DNA of 52,176 nucleotides, filler included, from Perkinsus olseni (Eukaryota): NCBI GenBank assembly GCA_013115125.1. It is 2 parts of 2 records of this genome, joined end to end, with 100 filler letters (N's around TTAATTAATTAA, not from the genome) between each part and the next. Parts side by side here need not be neighbours in the genome. Positions count along the whole stretch, not along the records: positions 1 to 26,055 come from JABANN010000489.1; positions 26,156 to 52,176 come from JABANN010000490.1. One strand, 5' to 3'. Shown piece by piece: positions 23,130 to 33,046 of this stretch (position 1 is its first letter; each line of letters starts with the position of its first letter). The notes under the pieces were generated by a model. It saw only the letters and a program-made list of their open reading frames with translations, ran no database searches and was not told where the DNA came from. The position numbers and the translations under genes were made by a program.

Positions 23130-26055
23130 ATGGCCGATGTTCACTTCTTAGGTAATGTCTTCGATGTACTAGGAAGTTGGTGGACTTTTTTTGGGTTCTT
23201 GTTGTTTTGGTCTTCCCTTTCACTAACCTGACCTGACTAGAATCCTTCAATCGATTCGGTCTTGGAGGCCGAGTCTTCGGTGGTCGCTGCCGTCAATCCC
23301 AATGAGTATTTCCTGCGCCAACCCACAGCGGCATATACCCTTTCGATATCGCCATCAGCCGATTACACCGTGCTGGGTCTGATGATGATTCTTACAGACA
23401 CATACCGCTTACTCAGTCCGACTAAGTGATAGACTACTGTAATTTTCGTATTTCGCTGATCCTATGTTCCTGCGATAAGAAGCAACGCTAAATTCAGCCC
23501 TCCCGATAGAACACAATCAGAGTTAATGTCGTAGAAAGGCAAGCAGCATGTAGGTCAATAGTGTCGCTTGCTCCGACACAACTCGTTATTGTACAAAACT
23601 CCCTTATGGCCACCCCGCCCATCTCTGACTCATCACTACGACGTATCACTGTGCGAGTACATCTCAACGACGAACCACTATCTTCGGGCTCACAAGAGCT
23701 CCTGCTCATTACCACCGTCCTCCACCAGTGGCGAGATCTTGTCGCGAACAAGATCCGAGGGAGGGTTCGGGCTTGGCGTGTGGAACGCTGCCTCCTCCGT
23801 ACGGTGATCGGAAGACACCTGCAAGTATGGCAGAGGCAAATGGTGGCTACCAGATGGTATCGATGTCGCCTGAATGCGAGACTGAAGGACACGCCGAGTC
23901 GAGCGGATCTCTCTGAGGCCGGCGCGCTGACTTCGGTCTACCTCGCAGCCTGGCGGAGAAGAACTTTGGATGTCGTGGAGGCGACCAGACGATTGTCCAG
24001 AGTGAGCGAGGCCAGGGTATAGGGGGAATTTCTACAAGTCGTTTACCTCGTTCAAAGCGACTATCCCCCATCAGGATCACATCCTAGGAGTGACTAGGTC
24101 GTCTGTGTTTCCCGCCTGGCGTCACTTCGTACAGCACCACCGCTTGCTTCGAGGACGCGCAGAGGCGCTGCATCGTCGCAAAGGGCAGCGTCATGTTGTA
24201 GCATACTTCCGCGACTGGTAGGATAGGACAGACGATCCGTAGCACGAGAAGATCCCTTCTCAGGGCTCTAGAGACCTTCAATATCAGCCCACGCATCATC
24301 CGTGCTATGAGGCGAGCGGTCAGAGGAACCTTACTCAGTTGGAAGGATGTGACTCGCCATCTGAGTGCTTGTCGGACAGAGAGTTTATCACAGTGGAAGA
24401 GACGTTGTGAAGAAGCTATTCGAGTGTGGCTTCGAAAGGCCTCGGGACGCGTAGGGGACCGAGCTCAGCGGCAAATTCTCCCCCTCCCTTCCCAGGTATC
24501 GTTCATCCCGTCGCTCATCTGGGCCGATCCATCTCTCCACCTTCGAGTATTCTTTCGGTTGCTGTCGACAATAGCGGTCCGTCGACGACAATTGAGGCAG
24601 TCCTTCTCCCGCGCTGCAGCTTTGAGGAAACGGCATTGCCAAGTCATCAGCGTAGCCAGCACCGTGATGGCTTGGAGGGCTCGTCAACATCACCGAGCAC
24701 ACGTGTCATGGAGATGTCTGAGCAACTGGGCCGAGAGTGCGACGCGAGTAGCAAATCGGCGAGCGCAGGCGAGAACGCTGTTCCGGAGGGTGATGAACAG
24801 AAGGATCGCGTCATGGCGAGGACTGGCGACCCGACGCAGACAGGCCAGGTTGGTCCGGTCTTCCCTCGGGGCATCAGCGTGGTGCCAGATGGAAGCTCAT
24901 GCGTATTGTCACACCGGACCTCAGCGATTACAACACTAACCCCGGTGATGGCATCGTAAGGGCGAATCTACATCGCTGGCGAGCTCTCACTGCTCGCCGG
25001 AAAGAGACGCGAAATTCACGAGAATTAGTAGGTCTCTGATGCTGAATTCAATCCTGATGGCCGAAGTGCCTCAGGTCCTCTTCCTCCGCAACGGACGGTA
25101 TTCTGCTAAGAAAGATACAGCAGCACACTTCAATGCTTGGGTCGACGTCATCTCTCAGCGGCGGCGGTCCGCTGCCGTCCAGCAGTTGTACAACCGAATG
25201 ATGTTGCAACAGCCCTTCACACGCTGGATGGGATGGTCCCAGTCGGTCGTAGCTGCTGATCTAAGTTTGGTTATCCCGAGGCGAAGGGCTGCTGTTGAGA
25301 GCATCTTTGCGGAGTGGAGAAAACTGAGGAAGGCGACGGCCTTCGGTCGGAAAGGTAGGCGACACAGCTGCAGTGTTCAACACCGGGTTTTGCAACACCG
25401 CAGGAGACTATTTCGTAGGAAACCTGACGTGAGGTCTCTAGTAAGGACTCTTCACGTACCTTCGTGAAAACCTTGGCGCGGGTAAAGGAAAGTCGGCGGA
25501 AATATCGATGAATCCTCTAACTTTGGTCGACGGCGCATGGTCCATACTGTGGGCAGCAGTGCGTTACATGCCCAGCACTTCATCCTGTTCAGTGGACTCC
25601 CTGAACAGCCTCATTGACGCCGGTGTCCGGGCTAAGGCGCTCAGGTGGTGGAGGTCTTTCACACTACTGGACGAGCTTGCCGGACGAAGAGTTTCGTGTG
25701 CACAAGATAGGGCCTTCCAGTAGATATTTAGACCCCGGTTCGAATCCCATGACGACCTTCTCAGAGTTTGGCGAAAGCATCAGGCTGTTAGACGATGGAG
25801 GTCTGCCCAGCTTCACAGCGCTGCGGTCGGCTGCCTCCGAGTTTGGCGGCATCGGTACAAACGACGTGCCGCTCGTCGCCGTGCAGATCAGAGGTTGGAG
25901 AGATCTCATTGGACCCGCCTGAGACGGTTTGTCATTCAAGGATGGTCATCGGTTGTCGAATACAAGAAGGGCGTAGCAGAAAAGGTCCACCGATCGGGAC
26001 ACGGACGCTTTCGAGTTTTGGTCTGCTCAGGGAAGGCTCTACAGGGCTGGCAGCG
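23130..26055 (+). CDS. Sfi1-repeat-like (centrin-binding) basic helical protein, multi-exon, runs into the assembly gap
   Basis: Successive ORFs with periodic Trp in Arg-rich helices (LHQWRD, LQVWQR, LAAWRR, LLSWKD, FNAWVD, FAEWRK, LRWWRS, FQVWRK). Intron 25720-25764 is in frame. Family call is from pattern only. Confidence 0.55.
23438..23484 (+). repeat. 5' fragment of the TRIM LTR family
   Basis: TGTAAT...TCGCTGATCCTATGTT..GATAAGAAGC matches the LTR start. Confidence 0.6.
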
Positions 26056-26155
26056 NNNNNNNNNNNNNNNNNNNNNNNNNNNNNNNNNNNNNNNNNNNNT
26101 TAATTAATTAANNNNNNNNNNNNNNNNNNNNNNNNNNNNNNNNNNNNNNNNNNNN
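26056..26155. other. Scaffold gap with artificial TTAATTAATTAA six-frame-stop spacer
   Basis: N-runs flank TTAATTAATTAA at 26100-26111. Confidence 0.95.
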
Positions 26156-26991
26156 TTCAGCAGTTCCGTCCGACAAGAAGCTATAGTTATTTTGGCCTAT
26201 CGATCAAGTCCCCCGCACGTACGACATAGCGCACTTTCACAGGCGCTCGACGTGATGCGGGTCTGAATTGAATTTCAAATTATCCCGTTGTGAGGTTGCA
26301 CTGTGTTACGCAGTCTGCGTTCATGTGATGAGCTTCACCGTCGCTAGGCTATCAACCTCGGATCAGTAATCTGTACGCGACAGGTTCATTCGTCTTTATG
26401 ATCTTACGAAAGCACTTGGTAACGAGGGTAACGAAACAACCAACGAAGAAAATTTCTTCAAGAGATGTGCCGCGCAAGTTAAAAATGATGTCTATCCTCT
26501 AGACTCCAACGCCTTTCCTCTATCTTGACCACAACTCCAGTGTATCAAAGATTTTCCAACGGAGCTGAGGTTGATAAAACTTCGTGACAATACAGACTTG
26601 ATATCAGGAGGGTGTCAACCGAAAAGTCGAAGTCGTCGACTGGAGAGTTTACTCTTCACCACACCTACCAGGAGTGAATCACATTTAACACATACAGATT
26701 AATCGAAGTTATCGACTCGAAGTCACGGGAGAGAGGCACCGATTGAAGTTGGCACAGCTATGAGTTCACCCAATGGAGCTTTTACAACAGTAAAGAAAGC
26801 AGAGCTCTGTGGCATTAGTTTTTTGTCCGCTCATTGACAGAGTTGAGCTGTGAAACCAACTTGCTGCATGGCGTTTGCAACATGCATTCTATAGCGCCCA
26901 TAGCATAGACTGATGTGATGTAAGTGACATCTGATGCATGATGACCTTCAAGGTCATCATGGCTATCAAGTTTATACTATAATGTCCATAG

Positions 26992-27751
26992 TGTAATGTT
27001 TATATCGCTGATCCTATCTTGCTCCGACAAGAAGCTACGCTGAAGCTAAGCTAAGTAGCGGATGATAAGAAACAACAGATGAAAGATTGGATTCCAAATG
27101 GCAAAACTCGGGTGTTGTGTTCTCAACCAGTCAGTCTCTTCACATGGTGCACCGTCCGGGAAGCAAGCGGATCGGGTGTGAGACTGGGCTGATTGGAGAA
27201 TAAGCACAGACCGTGGTCAGAGCCGATAGATCCGGATGCCTGCTCGTGAGGAGCACGCTGCCGATTTAGGCGCGGAGCCTTTGACCTTCAGACACTGCAA
27301 GAGCATTGCAGTTAGTCACCTCCAGATGTCGCATGAGACTTGCTGTCGGCCTCGGTGATGGCCTCAGAGTAGCAGGTCGTTCCGACTTGGCGCTGCCCGC
27401 AGACAGCAATGGTGCTCCAGTGATTCTGCTTGTGATGAGCAGCCGATTTGTGATGAGACGAGGCCGACCTTGGCAGCTAGTTTACGGCGACTCCTGCCCG
27501 TCGGGCGGGTTGTGAGTTTAGGTACAAACTAGCCTTCCAGTATCTCTTACAAACAACCGCAACATAGGATCAGCTGGGGAGGCGTGTAATGTTTATATCG
27601 CTGATCCTATCTTGGTCCGACAAGAAGCTTAGCTTCTGAAGCTACGCTGAAGCTAAGCTAAGTAGCGGATGATAAGAAACAACAGATGAAAGATTGGATT
27701 CCAAATGGCAAAACTCCGGTGTTGTGTTCTCAATCAGTCAGTCTCTTCACA
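26992..27751 (+). mobile_element. Non-autonomous miniature LTR retrotransposon (TRIM)
   Basis: TG...CA LTRs at 26992-27144 (153 bp) and 27585-27751 (167 bp). PBS TGGTGCACCGTCCGGGAA at 27145-27162. Purine tract GGGGAGG before the 3' LTR. 4-bp TSD ATAG (26988-26991, 27752-27755). No recognisable coding domain. Confidence 0.9.
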
Positions 27752-29885
27752 ATAGGCCGCCTATGATAGGCGATTCGCCCAACTACAGATGGACAAGATC
27801 GCTGGAATTCACAGGTTCCGTTTCGCTATACGCTCCGTGAATTATTCGAGTATAACGCTAACTAACGCGAACGGCACAAATTTCGTGGAGATGGAGTCCG
27901 TCACTCTGAAAGAACCGTTTTGATCTTGGCTTAATAAGGCAAGATCAAAACGTTTCTACCACAACCGTTTGAACCACATAATATGTGGTTCAACCACAGT
28001 GGTTGAAGTTTACTGCTAGACAGTGGAATGCCAGAATTGATAACGAACTGGCCGACGAGCCTGAACTAATGAATCAGAAGCCCCTAGGTGTGCTAAGCAG
28101 TGCTTAGTAAGACTGTGCCTGCATTAGATGCGAATCGCGCTGTGCGAGCGGCCGAGAACTGGCAAAATCTGCCAGTTACAGGGAATGAAACAGGAAAAGT
28201 TTATTTTTTCAAGAGAGTGAACAAAAGCGGCATTTGGAATGCCAAAGAAGGGGAGAACTAAGGAAATGGGCGTATTTCTGAAACGATCAAACGCATCTCC
28301 ATAGTGCCTCGGAATGTATACAGTATACAGTATACTCCACCAGAAAAAGGCCCCATGCTGCATGGGCCATGCAGCACTGAGTCCGGTCCATGCTTTCGCA
28401 CTATATGGTTTGAACTTTAAACTTTGAAGTAGACATCATCGAGTCGATGATCGATGACATCGATGTGGGGGCTATAATATAGCCATATTATGGCCACGTG
28501 GAAAAGTCATTGCCGCTATGCGTCAAATTGACGCATAGCGGCAATACGCCAGGGCCTGGCGTACATTGTGGTGATTGACCTGGAAAGCTACGACAGCTGC
28601 TGTCGGTTGCTGCAACCGCAGGAGAGAGTTGTCCAACTTCAAGCCATACAACTTTAGTAACTACAGTATAGTTCACATGTGGATAGTCCATTCAGGTAAT
28701 ACTAGTCTGGCTTCGCAGCATATACGTCGCCCATACCGGTCTAACCAGTGACATAGCGGATAATGTCAGGCATGATATTACTTGCTTTTGGTGAAAGCCT
28801 TTTAGGATCCGTATACTCCGGACTCCGAAGTTCGGAGCACATGTATGGGCAGCGCCGGCTTTGCCGTACATATGGCAAAGCTGGCGCTGCCGGCCCGGTA
28901 GAGCACAATCGGCGATTGATGGAACCTACGAGGTCTGTTCGAGTGATTGGGCGCATTGGTATACTATCCTATTCATGTATCCCGATAGCATTTTCTACCC
29001 GCTGTTCTACGCATTGCCTCCAGACCACACAAAGGATACCTAATGTTACAGTAGTACTGTAGTGTAGACGACAGTATAGGCTGTAGTGGCTAGTTGTGCA
29101 TAGGTTCGAGCACAACCGCGGCTTCCTGAGGGCTTCGAGCATGAAGAGAACCGCCGTAAGAAAACGCGAGTTTATGTGTGACTTGACAGTGTTTCGTGAC
29201 CCATGTCCGGGTAATACAAAGACACGATGATCACCATCGTCGTCGGCAGTACTTACGCCATCAACGAGTAAAGCTGACTTATACGGGACAGACGTGGATG
29301 ATGCAGTGGCCGAAGCCCAATCCAATCTGTATACCAGAGTGACACCTAGCAGCGTCACAAGCGACTTCAGGACCGTAGTCGTGGGGATTCCTCACTGGGG
29401 AGGAGAACCTTACCAAACGCGGGGTTGGGATGCTTTGCGAGACGCAACATTAGGCCCGGCAAATATATCTGTGCCTATGATGGGCATATGGGGGGGGCCA
29501 GGCTTACGTTAGCACGGTAAAGGACACCGATGTCTCCAAGGGAACACACTTCAAGGCCGTCCACATGAAAGTTATGTACGTGGATGGCCGTTCCTTATCT
29601 CTCTTGGCCAGAATGGGAGCAAGGAACATCGAGCCAGGAGCAATGGTCAATCATTCGGAAATCCCAAATACTGACTATCAAGTAACTATTATCTAACAAC
29701 AAGTGTACGGACACCGATGGTCTACATTATCCTCGCAAACAACAAACATTTGTCTTTGTGAGCAGTTTGATCACCGCCCGTCTACAATCCATACACTCAG
29801 TAACGGCAAGATACTCCTGAATAGTTGCCACTATTAAACTAGATTGAGGTTCGGTATCCTTATGCTCTATGCCCTGCGAACTTAG

Positions 29886-31223
29886 TTAAGTGGAATTGGG
29901 AAGACACTGTCTCCAAGACAGCATCTTCAGCAATCCTGTGTAGGCCACGACATTGAGCCGCTCAATGTCGCTGCGCTCAATTTGAGCGCTTCGCCGATTC
30001 CCGAGGAATCTTCCCTCACATTTTGTCCTCGAGAAGCCTTGGTCACCAAGCCGTGGAACCACATATAGCCCGCCTTGAACCCCATGAACCAAAGCATGAA
30101 TAAACCAGACACTTCGAGTGTTGCGACCGAAAACATGATCAGCACCACCCTCACGTATTATACTATCATCGGTTGTCGGATCGAGCTCTTTGAATCGATC
30201 CAGGCTAGCCTCGATGAGCTCTTCCCACTCTGCCGAAACCACACTATTATACCGAGCTTCCTTGCCCTCTAGCCACTCAATGCTCTTCCTAGTCGCCATT
30301 GTACGCTCTGCAACTGCCTTGAAGTCTACCACCCGCCTCAGCCGCCCATCGTGGGACCAGGCTGTCTCATACACACGTACAAGATCCTCCACAGTGCTCG
30401 CCGCGATGAGGTCTTCATAACGCAAGATGCGCGGCTCGGGCACCCGCCACAGTAGCACTCGCCAAAGGACGGCGTGAAGCATGGCATGAGTCTCAGGAGT
30501 GTCGGGCGTCAAGGGTCTGATGATCTTCTGAGCCAGAACCAGAACGGGATGGGAGTAGTTCTGTATCAACAAGGATTCTCTAAGTGCTTCATAGAAACAC
30601 GTTCGACATGGTGGATTGCTCATCGGGAAGGTGTGCCTTCTCCTACGGTAGAGCAGGAGTATAGTGTGGCCCTTGAGCTCAGCCAAGTCCAATATTCTGA
30701 ATAGGTTCATCACCTCCTTGGTGACAACCAATTTCGTACCATTTGCCGTCAACAAGCGCACGACAGCATCAAGAGCATGGGAGTTGAAGTCGAGCGACAA
30801 AAGATCCTCCTTAGTATCATCTTCGGCAGCACTGAAGACCATAGACAGTTCATGACGGTACATCTCGTTGCAGTATGGATGCCAGTAGTCAGCCTTCACC
30901 ACGGCATCCTCGTGGTCCACGGGCCAACCTTCTTTAAAATTATCGAACACCCACGAGGTGCCTTGCCCGGGGGGCGCCAAGATGACCACCCCGTTTTCGT
31001 AGGTCTGAACGCTTCGTTGACGTAGCAAAACAGAAGCCAATTGTGCATCCTGGCACAGATCGAGTGCTCGCTTGGCGGCAACAGAGTAGTAAGGCTCCTC
31101 GATGAACTCGCCCGTCGGTTCTTCTAACCACGAATAAGTACTAGCACCAACGAGTCTCGTGAGTTTGTCGTCACAGTGTGTGCAGAGTGCCTCGAGCTCC
31201 GACAGTCCTGTCTTATAAGCCAA
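29886..31223 (-). CDS. Sulfotransferase-like domain; probably the downstream part of a longer spliced gene
   Basis: 445-aa ORF with a 5'-PSB-like loop ILAPPGQGTSWV, a 3'-PB-like LLLYR and RILRYEDL. Confidence 0.5.
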   Translation of the reverse strand: MAYKTGLSELEALCTHCDDKLTRLVGASTYSWLEEPTGEFIEEPYYSVAAKRALDLCQDAQLASVLLRQRSVQTYENGVVILAPPGQGTSWVFDNFKEGWPVDHEDAVVKADYWHPYCNEMYRHELSMVFSAAEDDTKEDLLSLDFNSHALDAVVRLLTANGTKLVVTKEVMNLFRILDLAELKGHTILLLYRRRRHTFPMSNPPCRTCFYEALRESLLIQNYSHPVLVLAQKIIRPLTPDTPETHAMLHAVLWRVLLWRVPEPRILRYEDLIAASTVEDLVRVYETAWSHDGRLRRVVDFKAVAERTMATRKSIEWLEGKEARYNSVVSAEWEELIEASLDRFKELDPTTDDSIIREGGADHVFGRNTRSVWFIHALVHGVQGGLYVVPRLGDQGFSRTKCEGRFLGNRRSAQIERSDIERLNVVAYTGLLKMLSWRQCLPNST

Positions 31224-31916
31224 GTCGAAGGCGTCATCGGGTGTGATCGGCCATGCGTGTAGGACGCAAGACGGGGGAGGGAAACTTTGATGCAGTGCTT
31301 CTCTCCTCGCCGCCAGTCTTCTAGTGACATCTCTGAGACATCCCTGGTACAGCGTGATGAGCGCTGCAAGCCCTACTCAGCGACCAGGAAGTGTTGTCGG
31401 TAGGATCCAAAATTCGAAAGCTGTAGTTTGAAGCTAGTTGACGCCACGAGGTACATAGCGAAAGCGTAGTCCTCTTCACGATAGCCTACCTGACCATGGG
31501 CGATACTCACTCAACAGAGTCACGCCGCCTGGTCACCCTGTCCACGCTGTGAGTCTGTTCCCGTCCAACCGGGATCTCCTCACGGCTCCTGAGTATCCAG
31601 GCCTCAGCTAGGTCGATGTCGATCTGCAACGAGGGGCGGATATTCCAGCTGGGTTGAGGGACCCACCCACTTGGCCCGAAGGATGACTATCTCGTAAGAC
31701 AGTTGATGCTCCTTTGGACATGATAACCCCCGAACGAAGGATGGGCGACTTCACGCGACGACCGTTGTAGAACCTGAATAAAGTGCTGTTATAAAACGCT
31801 ATAGGGAGACTAACAACAAGATAATAGACTCGGCCACGGTGCTGAAGCCGGCACTGAGAGGCGCAGCTCGAATCACACAAAGCCCGGGAAGTGTATGAAT
31901 GAGCCCCGTATGGAGC

Positions 31917-32129
31917 TTACGCGTGGACTAGAGATAGGCGGCCCACCATCCTCCCGAACATCCATGCTTCGTCAAAATCAAACAAGCCCAATCGTCGGTG
32001 GAGCGCGTCAACATTGACGTAGGACTCCTTAGGTATTATGTAGGTCCAATCACATGAGCCGTTGGCCGCCAACAGCAGATGGCTGAGCCACCTCACCACC
32101 GCTTGGGTGGAGGTATTCACTCCCTCCAA
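31917..32129 (-). CDS. Exon resembling a Fringe/GT31-type glycosyltransferase domain
   Basis: CDWTYIIPKESYVNVDALHRRLGLFDFDEAWMFGR resembles the GT31 pattern DW..xDDDxYVxxxxL..L..FD...xGR, but the DxD motif is lost. Confidence 0.35.
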   Translation of the reverse strand: MEGVNTSTQAVVRWLSHLLLAANGSCDWTYIIPKESYVNVDALHRRLGLFDFDEAWMFGRMVGRLSLVHA

Positions 32130-33046
32130 GTACGGATCGAATGCTAGATCATATGTCCTCGTGTGGTTCCGAGTGCATCTATAAACGCACGGTTCGTTCA
32201 GTCACCATTAGAGTGTCTGCCAATGGCTCAGCTGATATTTGTTCGAGCGAAGTGGTGTTCTCCTTACCCGTAGTGTGTTGTCAGCAGCGGAAGCTCTGGA
32301 TCCCTGTGCGGCTGTATCGGTAGATAATACGGGTCGGAAGCTATGCACAACGTGTGTTCCTGTCCCTGGCATGGCGAGCCCGATGTGAGTATGAGCACAG
32401 ATGATAGCAGCATGAGGGTACGGGAAGGCATGTTTGGCTCGGCCACCCCTGGTTCAAACAAGGCTATCGTGTTCAGGGCTTGACTGTAAGAAGCTGTGAA
32501 TACGTTAGCGAGATATCCCCTCTCTCCACACTGAGCACAAGCTCCATGCCTTAGGAAGCGACAACATCAGACGACATCATAATCATTGATTCATTCGCGG
32601 TCTCTACGTTCTAGAGTCCGACTCTACTCACGTCTCCTCACCAGCGTCACGGCAGCTCGACGGAGGCATCACTGGCGTAGCTGAGGAATGTCTATCACTC
32701 CCCACCAGATGCCGAGCAAGGCAATGAGCTGCCAACAAGAGTGTTGGTCCTCCTCACTAAAGGGGGTAGACCCAGTGAGTATCGAAAAGAGCTGCAAGAA
32801 GAGCAGATGTTAGCTCTCACGGGCTCTAAGCACGCCTGCAGCTCTGAAGACGGGGATGATGAAAAGGCGTCAAAGAAGATGAAAAAAGCTATCACGAGGA
32901 GGAGCTATCAAATTTCGGAAGGGGCTCAACCGGAAAATCGAGGTCAACTCGTTGGGCCAGTTTACTCGGCGATGCCGCCCGGCGCACAGAGGAGACAGTA
33001 GCTTTGTGCTGGTGCTAGTGGGTGGTTCGGTCGAGGAGAGTTCGGA

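Noticed and set aside
26100-26111. TTAATTAATTAA palindrome inside the N-run
   Set aside because: Artificial scaffolding linker with stops in all frames; not biological. Adjacency across the gap is unverified.
26480-26640. Minus-strand peptide EVLSTSAPLENL*YTGVVV resembling a hAT dimerisation motif
   Set aside because: Similarity is too weak, it contains a stop, and another frame is equally open; needs an HMM search.
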